A stretch of DNA of 64,000 nt from Candidatus Peribacteraceae bacterium (GCA_035547395.1 DASZVA010000010.1:74471-138470); one strand, 5' to 3'. Shown: positions 26,101 to 33,861, counted from the stretch's first letter. Notes: generated by a model not told the origin, from the sequence alone. A program made the numbers and translations.

Positions 26101-26881
26101 TGGGCATCAAGAAACTCGGGAACACGTTTCCCGGCTGACCGATCTGTCCGTCGGTGAGCAGTCCGGCGCTGAGTTCGATGAGGTCTGAGGATTCAGAAGA
26201 AACAGAAGACTCAGAGGATGCAGAAGACTCAGAGGATTCAGAAGAAGAAGCAGATGCCGATGATTGCTCTGCATTTTTCACGCTGCCCGTAGCCGTCGTT
26301 CCGGTTCCGCTTGCCGCGCCGCTTCCGGACTTGATTGCTCCCGTGCTATTTTTTCCCGTTGCGATGTGCGCGGTTGTTCCGGTTTCCGTTGCGCCCGAAT
26401 TCGAGATTGCACTCAATGACGCGGATGCGGATGAACGCTTCGCAAGCGTGTCCCGATGCGCTGCATCGAGTGCTGTGATGGAATTGACCGATGAAGAAAC
26501 GGAAGACGATTGTGCAGATATCGAGCAGCACCGCTCCGACGGTGCGGCCGACGAAGCCGATAATGCCGCATCCACGGAGGGATGCTGCTGGGATGATGTG
26601 GACGAAACAGAAGAGGCAAAAATATTCTTGATTTGTGAAGACATTGCATCAGCCGATGATGCGATGCTCTGTGCAGACGATGCTGCAATTTTCAAATTTC
26701 CATTTTCAATTTTCAATTTTTCCGCGCCTGTTCCTGTTTCACTTCCAGTACTCGTCAGCACACCGCCGCTCGCAATTTGTGCGCGCAGTGCGATGTGTGA
26801 TGTTGCAAGTATCGCACACGCGACGATCGTGATCAGTGCAAAGACGTGTAGCCGCAGAGGTTTTGTGTGAGTGTTAGGCAA
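23105..26881 (-). CDS. 1,258-aa secreted repeat protein: Ser-rich linkers, two copies of a beta-sandwich module of about 300 aa, and an A/T/Q-rich helical region. Translationally coupled to the giant gene.
   Basis: Signal-peptide-like N-terminus (KPLRLHVFALITIVACAILATSHIALRA). The apparent start is TTG at 26881. The stop TGA (23105..23107) overlaps the giant gene's ATG (23106..23108) as ATGA. Module A (~25200..26110) and module B (~23110..24010) share F.WG(M/V)(V/L)AMNPDSD.Y and E.VP.GF.V.D..P....GTLI.W.G....T.TF.Y.Y.AP. Confidence 0.8.
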   Translation of the reverse strand: MPNTHTKPLRLHVFALITIVACAILATSHIALRAQIASGGVLTSTGSETGTGAEKLKIENGNLKIAASSAQSIASSADAMSSQIKNIFASSVSSTSSQQHPSVDAALSASSAAPSERCCSISAQSSSVSSSVNSITALDAAHRDTLAKRSSASASLSAISNSGATETGTTAHIATGKNSTGAIKSGSGAASGTGTTATGSVKNAEQSSASASSSESSESSASSESSVSSESSDLIELSAGLLTDGQIGQPGNVFPSFLMPKISDFSSIYDVQSRVHITLTDDAGQTSSATETVTDEKTDYRVTLDPPSSFRPGRYRIQATLDRTHSISDRLSNFFKKITGQTTQGDLLLLDTYFDWGMVAMNPDSDAYASNADVSIGAALADDQGNPLCIETLTGSFLHGSKATLKSFCSGTGDTLTLSSPDAGIATLRIEAGSGTVAQEKITIDNHPLITVKRSSVSQTTAGTGAVMTINVTTLATITGTMKEHVPAGFTVSDVTPAPTNILKNVDGTLIEWDGQFQAATTRTFTYVYIAPQSMPLMGLFGPVQISGTQEGEAVSAVSSSEEPSDSSSETSSAQASSIVSASASASSESVSVSSLDSSASANSSENSSVSSSEVGNSSNVDTTVSSHSSSLDSSLASSSVSLFERPQSDTSSFESSSVSSGSSDSSESSASSESSNPNPSPSPSPISSFFTHLLASLTFGDQNTVSFTEDRRWEVLSLSGSTASANNQSRTLTLERKAAVFQADSAPTFKLIDMQLDANDSRLQDEDHHLKTDIAYEQLLQTIVATQDVKQAVAEHIVTQQAQTIATQAINNDTVRNAAVDAVVTSGNGDASVTNLTDTVAQAVATSDDAKQQLADLAQKNTIVAKTVDQLATNDTKDKVIAALAQQATAGSGTIASDSVDQAVNDAVQTQTSVTRQAAVAAVQTITQASATTQVVTQALEKTQASSLKPQDTNVTASTGASVLKLTLKGPNGEAIKNPHFHFAVGSVDLVLDPIPSFTPGLYTLSVDVTNPITGETQTLTQQFAWGVLAMNPDSDIYKEGDTAHIDFGALDDHGEIVCDASLTLHVTAPDNTQQTLTTDDGSIAKTGTCGLKQAGFIGPDFDANLTLNQEGTYNLTLIGNIDGKMREISSTIIVKSNAPFIITRSAATRLWPFADSPMDITVAFNENIDGQVVDTVPEGFVIKDASPANYKLQTTDSSGTLIIWKGSWKAGDVKTFHYDYKAPEISPHFYLIGPLLIQSDTAFSGATLTSSGQTLP
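24823..24852 (-). repeat. in-frame hexanucleotide microsatellite (TAGGGC)3(TAGGGT)2 on the plus strand, encoding the NPNPSPSPSP linker
   Basis: Read directly: tagggc tagggc tagggc tagggt tagggt. The 16-nt string tagggttagggttgga recurs at 27716..27731. Confidence 0.9.
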
Positions 26882-26888
26882 TCAGACT

Positions 26889-26897
26889 ATTGTACCA
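26889..26897 (-). promoter_or_regulatory. candidate extended -10 element (TGGTACAAT on the minus strand) for the 1,258-aa/giant operon
   Basis: TGGTACAAT lies 7 nt upstream of the TTG start, inside a 187-nt AT-rich intergenic region (26882..27068). No convincing -35 element was seen. Confidence 0.3.
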
Positions 26898-27068
26898 AAA
26901 ATAGCGTTTTGGAGCGATCCTCAGGGGTTATACGAGACAATACTGAGCATATTTTGCAATATTTATTTATGATGAGACCATGAAAATAATTTTTTACATT
27001 AAAAATAATGAAACAACATTTTTTTTATAAATTGCATCACGGAAAAACGGCTGAAGGAAGAGGAAGAG

Positions 27069-27695
27069 CTAGTTTTTCCTCCTGTGCCTCCACCATTCAA
27101 AAACCGCAGGCAGAATCGAGAGGACGATGATAAGCAGGATGACCTCCGAGAAATGCGCGCGCACCGCCGGTATGTTTCCGAAGAAATATCCGCCGAAAAG
27201 TACGACAGTCACCCATGCGATGCCGCCGACGGCGTTGTAGATCATGAACGTGCGCACCTTCATCGTGCCCGCGCCCGCGACGAACGGTGCGACCGTGCGG
27301 ATGATCGGCATGAAGCGCGACAGCACGATTGTCTTCACTCCGTATTTTTCATAGAACGCATGGGTGCGGATGAGATATTCTTTTTTTAAAATTCTGGCGT
27401 TCTCCTTGAAGATCGCCTCGCCCAGCCATTTGCCGATGAAATAATTCGCGGTGTTTCCGAGGATGGCCGCTGCTGCGAGGATCACAAAGAGCAGCGCGAC
27501 ATTCAAATCCCCCGCAGCCGCGAACGCTCCCGCCGCAAAGAGCAGCGAGTCTCCCGGGAAAAATGGTGTCACCACGAGCCCCGTCTCGCAGAAAATGATC
27601 ACGAAGAGAATCACATATGTGAGTGTTCCGTACGTATGAATCACGTTCAGCAGATGCGTGTCGAGATGCAGGAAGAGATCGAGGAGGGTGGACAT
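27069..27695 (-). CDS. DedA family membrane protein
   Basis: VVTPFFPGDSLLFAAGAFAAAG and the downstream TM pattern are typical of DedA/SNARE-associated proteins. Start trimmed to ATG 27695 (MSTLLDLF); the ORF-track extension (NPNPNPNPHP) is the repeat-built leader. Confidence 0.85.
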   Translation of the reverse strand: MSTLLDLFLHLDTHLLNVIHTYGTLTYVILFVIIFCETGLVVTPFFPGDSLLFAAGAFAAAGDLNVALLFVILAAAAILGNTANYFIGKWLGEAIFKENARILKKEYLIRTHAFYEKYGVKTIVLSRFMPIIRTVAPFVAGAGTMKVRTFMIYNAVGGIAWVTVVLFGGYFFGNIPAVRAHFSEVILLIIVLSILPAVFEWWRHRRKN

Positions 27696-27741
27696 GGTAG
27701 GATGAGGATTGGGATTAGGGTTAGGGTTGGAGAATAGCAGA

Positions 27742-30651
27742 TTACTGATTCGCTTTCGGCTCCACGTTGACATCGAATTGCGTCAGCACCAGATCGCCGT
27801 GATCGAGGAACTGACCGTCGACAACGTAGACACCCGGCACAGGGAACACGACGTACGCCTGCATGGTCGGGCCGAACTGATCGGGTAAGAAAATATGCGG
27901 ATTGAGCAGCGGATCCACCGGATTGAAAATGGAGTCGAGAAACGACTGCGGCAGAATTGGATGCGTGTGCTGATATTGCGTAAGATCGTCTTTGATGACG
28001 GCAATATGCATCGGCGCGGACAGATACGGCTGCAGCGTCGTCACGGGCTTGCCGTCTTTGGTGATCGTGTAATCCAGACGTTCGATGGTATTCGCATGCA
28101 GATCGCCGTACACCGGATCCAATGTCACGTCATATCCATCGAAATTTTTCGTGAGTGATAAATCGGGAGTGAAGGTGCCGATGGAGGGCGAGCCGGCGAC
28201 ATGCACGATGAAATGCTGCGCGAACGTCTGCGAGCGTTCGGTGAAGTCGATGCCGACGAGGTACGTTCCCGCTTTCGGGAATGTGTAGTGAACGGGAAAC
28301 AAGGCATTCGTGAGCATCGACTGCGTGAGAGGTCCGCTGTCTTCCGCATGGATATGCGCATAGATCGTATGATCGGCACTCGTAACGACGATGTGCGCGA
28401 TACGATCATGTTCGCGCGTGAGATCGGTGATGGGGTTGCCGTCGCGATCAAGAATATGGAAGAGAAGCGTCGCGGGTTTTCCGGCGACCAGCTGAGCGGG
28501 ATCCATCGAGAAATGCGCGAGTGCGGACGCGGGACGCGTGAACCAATCGAAGGCGCGCTCGTCGATGAAGAAATATTGTCCCAGCCCCATGCCGAGCATG
28601 CAGCCCATCTGCGTGACGGATGACGTGATCTGTCCGTCGCGCTCGGGCGAACTCTCGTGCCATGCGCCGCCGTTTGCGATGCAGGCGCTTTCAAAATTTC
28701 CGTGATATCCCGCGACGGCGCCGCCGAGGAAAATCAGGCCGACGCAATAGACGACGCTCATGGTCAGAGATTCGCTCGTGAGCACCCGTCGCATCGGCAG
28801 AACGCGCGATGCTGCATGCACGGACCGCACATGCAGGGATCTGCTAAAGCGATACAGGATCCATCCGGCAATCAGCAAAAGAAGCGCGATGATCGAGAGA
28901 CTCAGTTCAAACCAGCCGAACGTACGTTTGCCGTCGGATGCATGAGCGGCGGCGATGTCCGACGGATTGTTGATGGCGAAGCGGGCGTTGGCGTCATAGG
29001 CATTCGGACGCCGCGCGGTGACGGAGACGGTCCAGTGTCCCTGCGGAGAGAGTGCGGATTTCGGGAATACGTATCCGCCGTCGAACTGCTGCGAAAGCGG
29101 CACGTCCACGGGTCCGATGCCGCGATCGGTGTTCGTGAGCGTCACGATCATGTCGCTGATGCTGTTTGTCTGACCGGTGCCGGTCGCGGTCACGAGGAAT
29201 TGATTCTGCTCGGACGGATACTCGCTGAACGTCAGCCGCAATCCCTGGCTCATCGCCGACTGACCGTACTCATGCTCTCTCGGCAGCGGAGGGGTGGTGA
29301 TGATGAGCAGGCTGGAGAGAAACAACACGCCGAGACCGACGAACATTTCAAACGTGAACGCATACCAGACGGCATTGTGCGTGAGCGTGCGATAGCCGGC
29401 CTTCGATTGCGTTTCATCGAAAAACGCGCGATCGATGTGCAACTGCGCGATCAGCCGGAAGACGATGAGCAGAACCGTGAATGCGGAGAGCCCATAAAAC
29501 GCCGTCCCCCACGCGGTGACCGCGAGATTTGCGGGATTCTGCAGATGCAGCCAGATGACGTAGAGTCCGCTGATGCCGCCCGTGATGAGCATGACGGAAA
29601 GCAGCGCGGAGACGCCGGTCAGCGTCATCGCAAAATCCTTCGCGTCTTTGCGCCGGTACAAAAGCGGCAGAAAAATACACACGAGCACCGTCAGCGCGCC
29701 GATCCACAGATCTTTCGACAACAAATGAATCCAGTTGATAACGATCGATAGAAACGGATGAAAATCCGCGGCCGCCGCATGGCTCACGCGCGTGCGGATC
29801 CATGCCTCAATGATCAAAAGCAACCACAGCAGACCTTCGATTCCTGTGAAACGCGTCGCGCGCAGAACGGACTTCAAGAAAACAAAGAACAACACAACGA
29901 AAACTGCATCGATGATCAGCCGGACCGCATCGTAGAAACCGGCCGTCGTTCCGATGAAGATGGAAATGGCCTGCGCAAAAGTCATACTCTCGTCGGATGC
30001 ATACGTCTGACTTTCGAGAAGCAGATGACACACGGAACCGATCGCGATCAGCAGGACTCCGACGACGCCGAATATCAGGAAGCGTCGCGCATACGATCGT
30101 CGCAGCGGATCATCTGCATCCGCACTCAGACGCCTGCGCCAGCAGAGCTGATGCAACGCAAAGAGTCCGAGCAGCATCGCCTGACCAATGAGCTCGATCC
30201 AGATCGTGATCGCCTGCGGAATATCCGTCTCGTGTTCGATCTGAAACGACGTCGATGATTCGGGCAGAAGTCCGGTCTGCGCTCCGACCGAAAACACGAA
30301 CGCGCCTTTGGTGAAGTGTCCGTCATCGGCGGAAATCACGGACCACGACACCGTGTAGGTCCCGGATCCGTCCGCATGCATCGGCACAGTGAGCCCGTAG
30401 CCGCTCGACGCATCGACCGTCGCGGGTCCACTCTGCACCTCGGACCCGCCCGGACCGTAGACGATGATCGTGCTTGCCGACGGTTCGACGTGTTCGCTGA
30501 ATTTGATATGCACGCTCGCAGGCGCCGTCTGCAACACGGCGGACGCGGGCGGATCGTACTGCAGCGGCGTGGCGTGCGCACTGACGGAAGCCGCGCTGAG
30601 AAGCAGCACCGCTCCGAGCAGCAGGCCGGGCATAGTCGACAGACGACGCAT
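27742..30651 (-). CDS. CopC-CopD fusion copper-resistance/uptake protein (YcnJ-like) with extra C-terminal extracytoplasmic domains (969 aa)
   Basis: Signal peptide, then a CopC domain (HATPLQYDPPA...VSWSVISADDGHFTKGAFVFSV). A multi-TM CopD-like region follows, then a YtkA/FixH-like Ig domain, two more TM helices, and two related His-containing beta-sandwich domains (AHIVVTSADHTIYAHIHAED; LTQYQHTHP). Confidence 0.8.
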   Translation of the reverse strand: MRRLSTMPGLLLGAVLLLSAASVSAHATPLQYDPPASAVLQTAPASVHIKFSEHVEPSASTIIVYGPGGSEVQSGPATVDASSGYGLTVPMHADGSGTYTVSWSVISADDGHFTKGAFVFSVGAQTGLLPESSTSFQIEHETDIPQAITIWIELIGQAMLLGLFALHQLCWRRRLSADADDPLRRSYARRFLIFGVVGVLLIAIGSVCHLLLESQTYASDESMTFAQAISIFIGTTAGFYDAVRLIIDAVFVVLFFVFLKSVLRATRFTGIEGLLWLLLIIEAWIRTRVSHAAAADFHPFLSIVINWIHLLSKDLWIGALTVLVCIFLPLLYRRKDAKDFAMTLTGVSALLSVMLITGGISGLYVIWLHLQNPANLAVTAWGTAFYGLSAFTVLLIVFRLIAQLHIDRAFFDETQSKAGYRTLTHNAVWYAFTFEMFVGLGVLFLSSLLIITTPPLPREHEYGQSAMSQGLRLTFSEYPSEQNQFLVTATGTGQTNSISDMIVTLTNTDRGIGPVDVPLSQQFDGGYVFPKSALSPQGHWTVSVTARRPNAYDANARFAINNPSDIAAAHASDGKRTFGWFELSLSIIALLLLIAGWILYRFSRSLHVRSVHAASRVLPMRRVLTSESLTMSVVYCVGLIFLGGAVAGYHGNFESACIANGGAWHESSPERDGQITSSVTQMGCMLGMGLGQYFFIDERAFDWFTRPASALAHFSMDPAQLVAGKPATLLFHILDRDGNPITDLTREHDRIAHIVVTSADHTIYAHIHAEDSGPLTQSMLTNALFPVHYTFPKAGTYLVGIDFTERSQTFAQHFIVHVAGSPSIGTFTPDLSLTKNFDGYDVTLDPVYGDLHANTIERLDYTITKDGKPVTTLQPYLSAPMHIAVIKDDLTQYQHTHPILPQSFLDSIFNPVDPLLNPHIFLPDQFGPTMQAYVVFPVPGVYVVDGQFLDHGDLVLTQFDVNVEPKANQ

Positions 30652-30664
30652 GAACGAACCGATG

Positions 30665-31375
30665 TTACGCTCTGCGCTTCAGAAGCGCGACCACCGCGAT
30701 GACGACTCCGATCACGCCGAGAATCATTCCCGCAACTCCCCAGATCACGGATTGCGACGAACTTTGCTCCAGCGCACTGATGCGATTCTGCAGATCGATC
30801 GCAGACGGTGCGGATTCGGGAAACATCACGGACGAGTTGTCGACCGGACAGGGAAACGCGCCGCCGGTATCGAGCTGCGTCACGTTTGCGGAAATCGTTT
30901 TCTTCGCCGTGTCTTCGGGCACTTCGACGTTGCCCGCGGGATTGCAAGTGTAGGTCACGTCCACGGGAACGTTGTTGATCGTTCCCGTCAGACGGTACGC
31001 GTACGTCGTCGCAACGGTCGGATAGAACACCGCTTCGTATGCTCCGTCGTTTCCGTCTTCGGGGACGAAATCAAACGTCTGGGTTTTACCGCCCGCGCTC
31101 ACCTCCACCTTCATGCTCGTCTCGAGCCCGGTCACGGGCGTTCCCTGCGGACCGTCATCGCTGCCGGATGTGAGTGATGCGCCCTTGGGAAGTTGCTCCG
31201 CGATGAACTCGACGCCGGATTTGTCTCCGGTGTACACGGGTTCATTCAGCGAGCCGACCGTGAGGTTATAGGTCTTGTCTCCGATCTGATACACGTGATG
31301 CTCGTGGGCCGATGCGGCGACGGGCAGCAATAACATCAATGCGGCGACGGCTCCATAGGGAATTGTTCTTTTCAT
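30665..31375 (-). CDS. secreted, C-terminally TM-anchored protein with a His-rich mature N-terminus. YcnI-like by context and topology; putative copper-binding.
   Basis: Signal peptide LLLPVAASA followed by HEHHVYQ. C-terminal TM plus KRRA. Lies 13 nt upstream of the CopCD gene, as ycnI sits beside ycnJ in B. subtilis. Sequence similarity to DUF1775 is not obvious by eye. Start trimmed to ATG 31375. Confidence 0.5.
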   Translation of the reverse strand: MKRTIPYGAVAALMLLLPVAASAHEHHVYQIGDKTYNLTVGSLNEPVYTGDKSGVEFIAEQLPKGASLTSGSDDGPQGTPVTGLETSMKVEVSAGGKTQTFDFVPEDGNDGAYEAVFYPTVATTYAYRLTGTINNVPVDVTYTCNPAGNVEVPEDTAKKTISANVTQLDTGGAFPCPVDNSSVMFPESAPSAIDLQNRISALEQSSSQSVIWGVAGMILGVIGVVIAVVALLKRRA

Positions 31376-31464
31376 GGAAACACGGGAAAAGTATGCAGCA
31401 GTTGTATAACGACTGATGACAAAAAACAAATGACAGGAATATTGTTATATTTAAATAAATATTG

Positions 31465-31470
31465 TATAAT
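31465..31470 (+). promoter_or_regulatory. TATAAT -10 box 7 nt upstream of ATG 31478 (leaderless-type geometry)
   Basis: attgTATAATataaaatATG, read directly. Confidence 0.35.
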
Positions 31471-31477
31471 ATAAAAT

Positions 31478-31987
31478 ATGAAACGATATGCAATCGGAGT
31501 GATTCTCAGCTTTTCTCTCTGCACTACGTCCGCCTTTGCCTGTGCGGGAGGACTCGATTTCCAGAAGGAGAGCGGATTGTACAAAGTGGATGTGACGGAC
31601 GATACGCCCATGATCCTGCCTTTGATGGACGTGCATTTCGATTACGGACTCATCAATGTGTCCGATCCCGCATACGGCCCGGATGACGAAGTGTCTTATT
31701 CCAGCGTCGAAGCATCGATCACACACGGGAAGGATGTTATTTTTGATCAGAAACTTGCGATGCAGCCGTACCGTGAATTGAACGGCTTTGCGTTCAAATT
31801 TCCCAAGGCGAATGCGAGTGATGTGCTGCATGTGCGATTTTTGAAAAATCAGACGCTCATGGCGTCCGCCGATTTTCCGCTAACGGTCGGCTCGGGCGAT
31901 CCCACGCTCTTCACTCTCCAAAACGGCGTGATTGCGATTATTTGCCTGCTTGCTCTGGCGCTCATAGTGCGAAAGAAGATGGGCTAA
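31478..31987 (+). CDS. hypothetical secreted protein with a C-terminal TM anchor
   Basis: Signal peptide (VILSFSLCTTSAFA), a domain of about 120 aa, and a C-terminal TM helix (VIAIICLLALALIV) plus RKKMG. Divergent from the YcnI-like gene. Confidence 0.6.
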   Translation: MKRYAIGVILSFSLCTTSAFACAGGLDFQKESGLYKVDVTDDTPMILPLMDVHFDYGLINVSDPAYGPDDEVSYSSVEASITHGKDVIFDQKLAMQPYRELNGFAFKFPKANASDVLHVRFLKNQTLMASADFPLTVGSGDPTLFTLQNGVIAIICLLALALIVRKKMG

Positions 31988-32026
31988 AGGACGGCGTCTG
32001 CTGACTTTTGCAATGCGTCTGCCATT

Positions 32027-32049
32027 TTATTGCAAATAATTTGCAATAA
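32027..32049. promoter_or_regulatory. perfect 11-1-11 palindrome TTATTGCAAAT-A-ATTTGCAATAA upstream of znuA; candidate Zur (Fur-family) operator
   Basis: Read directly. It contains two TTGCAA cores at 32030 and 32041. A third core at 32008 gives spacings of 22 and 11 nt. It lies 62 nt upstream of ATG 32111, and the operon itself encodes a Fur-family regulator. Confidence 0.55.
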
Positions 32050-32110
32050 GTAAACAGATGCATTAGTGTGCTCACGCACATGGTTTTCCTTTATCCATTT
32101 CCCTTTTTCC

Positions 32111-33079
32111 ATGAAAGCTCTTCGCATACTCGCAATGTCCCCGATGCTGCTGCTCGCCGCGTGCGGCGCAACCGGCACTCAGACGTCGCAGCAAACGGCG
32201 TCGTCATCCTCCGCACAGGGTACGATGTCCGTCTCCGCCAGTTTTTACCCCATCGCGTTTTTTGCCGAGCAAATTGGCCAAGAGCATGTCAACGTGCTCC
32301 AGGTGACGCCGAGCGGCGTCGAACCCCATGATTTCGATCCTTCCGCACAGCAACTCGCGCGCGTAAACGACGCGAAGGTGTTTTTGATGAACGGAGCGGG
32401 AGTCGACAGTTGGGGGGACAAGATCATCGACGACTTGAAACAGAGCGGCACCGTCACCGTACGCATGACCGACACGATTTCTCCGATGGGCGGATTCAAT
32501 GAAGAGGGCTTCACGGATCCCACGCAACCCCCCTCGTCCGAATTCTCCGCCGTTCCCGATCCGCACATCTGGCTTGATCCGGTGAATGCCGAGAAAGAAG
32601 CCGCGCTCATCCGCGATGCATTCATCACGGCGGATCCTGTACACGCAGATGCTTATACAAGCAACGCGGACAGTCTGCTCGCGTCACTCCGCGCTCTGGA
32701 TCAGGAGTACCGCTCGGGCCTCGCGCACTGCGCGATCAACGACGTCGTGGTATCGCACAATGCCTTCCGTTATATGGCGCAGGAATACGGTTTCCGGACG
32801 CTCGCGATCTCGGGTCTCACGCCGGATGAAGAACCCTCGGCGCAGCGCATCGCGGAGCTGGCGAATTTCGCAAAAAAGAACGGCATCAAGTATATTTTCT
32901 TCGAGACACTCGTCAGTCCCAAGCTCTCTCAGACCGTGGCGGACGAAATCGGCGCGCAGTCACTCGTCCTCGATCCGCTGGAAGGATTGACCGACGCGGA
33001 AGCGGCTCACGGTGACAACTACATCACGCTCATGAAGAACAATCTGCAAAATCTCCGCACTGCCATGCAATGCCAGTAA
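32111..33079 (+). CDS. metal (Zn/Mn) ABC transporter substrate-binding lipoprotein, ZnuA/TroA family
   Basis: Lipobox LLLAAC and the hallmark DPHIWLDP. Start trimmed to ATG 32111 (MKALRIL); the track start 32066 is GTG. Confidence 0.85.
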   Translation: MKALRILAMSPMLLLAACGATGTQTSQQTASSSSAQGTMSVSASFYPIAFFAEQIGQEHVNVLQVTPSGVEPHDFDPSAQQLARVNDAKVFLMNGAGVDSWGDKIIDDLKQSGTVTVRMTDTISPMGGFNEEGFTDPTQPPSSEFSAVPDPHIWLDPVNAEKEAALIRDAFITADPVHADAYTSNADSLLASLRALDQEYRSGLAHCAINDVVVSHNAFRYMAQEYGFRTLAISGLTPDEEPSAQRIAELANFAKKNGIKYIFFETLVSPKLSQTVADEIGAQSLVLDPLEGLTDAEAAHGDNYITLMKNNLQNLRTAMQCQ

Positions 33080-33858
33080 CGCGCACAGCACCCTCAACCG
33101 GCATCGGACGTTCCACAAGCAATGCCATTGAGGTCGTGCATGTGAACGTCGCCTACGGGTCGCAAAAAATTCTCGACAACGTCAGCTTCGCGATCCCGCA
33201 GGGGGCGTACGTGGGCGTTGTCGGGCCCAACGGCGGCGGCAAGACGACTATGCTCAAAATCATCCTCGGTCTTCTGCAACCGCAAAGCGGCACCGCCACC
33301 GTCTTTGGTAAAACGCCGCGGGAAGCGAGAAAAGCCGGGACAATCGGCTACGTGCCGCAGAGCGTCTCCCAGACGGATTTTTCTTTCCCGGCAACGGTTG
33401 CGGAAATCGTGAAGGGCGGCCGGGTTCCCCAAATCGGCATCGGGCGGCGCATGAGCGCGCGTGACCGCGAGGCGATCGAGCATGCCATGAAAGAGGCGGG
33501 CATCACGCATTTGCGCAACCGTCTGATCGGAGGACTCTCCGGCGGGGAACGGCAGAAGGCGTTTATCGCCCGGGCACTGGCCTCCGAGCCGAGGCTGCTT
33601 ATTCTCGACGAACCGACCACCGGCGTGGACCCGACCGCGCGGCATCAATTTTATGCGCTGCTTAAAACATTGAACGAACGCGGGCTGACCATTCTCTACG
33701 TGTCGCACGACGTCGAAGTCATGCAGGAGGTATCCTTCGTGCTAGCGCTCAATCAAAAACTTCTCTGCCACTGTTCCTCGCATGAATTTTTAACCAATGA
33801 GACGCTGCACCGCCTCTATGGGGGCGATGTGGAAATAGCGCACCACCATACCCACTGA
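33070..33858 (+). CDS. metal ABC transporter ATP-binding protein (ZnuC-like)
   Basis: Walker A GPNGGGKTT, signature LSGGERQKAFIARAL, Walker B LLILDEPTTGVD. Overlaps znuA by 10 nt. C-terminus is EIAHHHTH. Confidence 0.9.
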   Translation: MPVTRTAPSTGIGRSTSNAIEVVHVNVAYGSQKILDNVSFAIPQGAYVGVVGPNGGGKTTMLKIILGLLQPQSGTATVFGKTPREARKAGTIGYVPQSVSQTDFSFPATVAEIVKGGRVPQIGIGRRMSARDREAIEHAMKEAGITHLRNRLIGGLSGGERQKAFIARALASEPRLLILDEPTTGVDPTARHQFYALLKTLNERGLTILYVSHDVEVMQEVSFVLALNQKLLCHCSSHEFLTNETLHRLYGGDVEIAHHHTH

Positions 33859-33861
33859 TCC

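Noticed and set aside
26154-26870. A 238-aa acidic plus-strand ORF (SEDSEETEDSEDAEDSEDSEEE...) at the 5' end of the 1,258-aa gene.
   Set aside because: It is the antisense image of the Ser-rich linker (SSESSESSASSESS). It has no start context and is nested in a gene that has a signal peptide and duplicated modules.
27715-27728. TTAGGG TTAGGG (and 24823..24852), read as a telomere-like repeat.
   Set aside because: There are only two to five units. One copy is in frame inside a coding linker and the other forms a 46-nt spacer between two co-oriented bacterial genes, so there is no chromosome-end context. I treat it as a microsatellite-built leader or linker.
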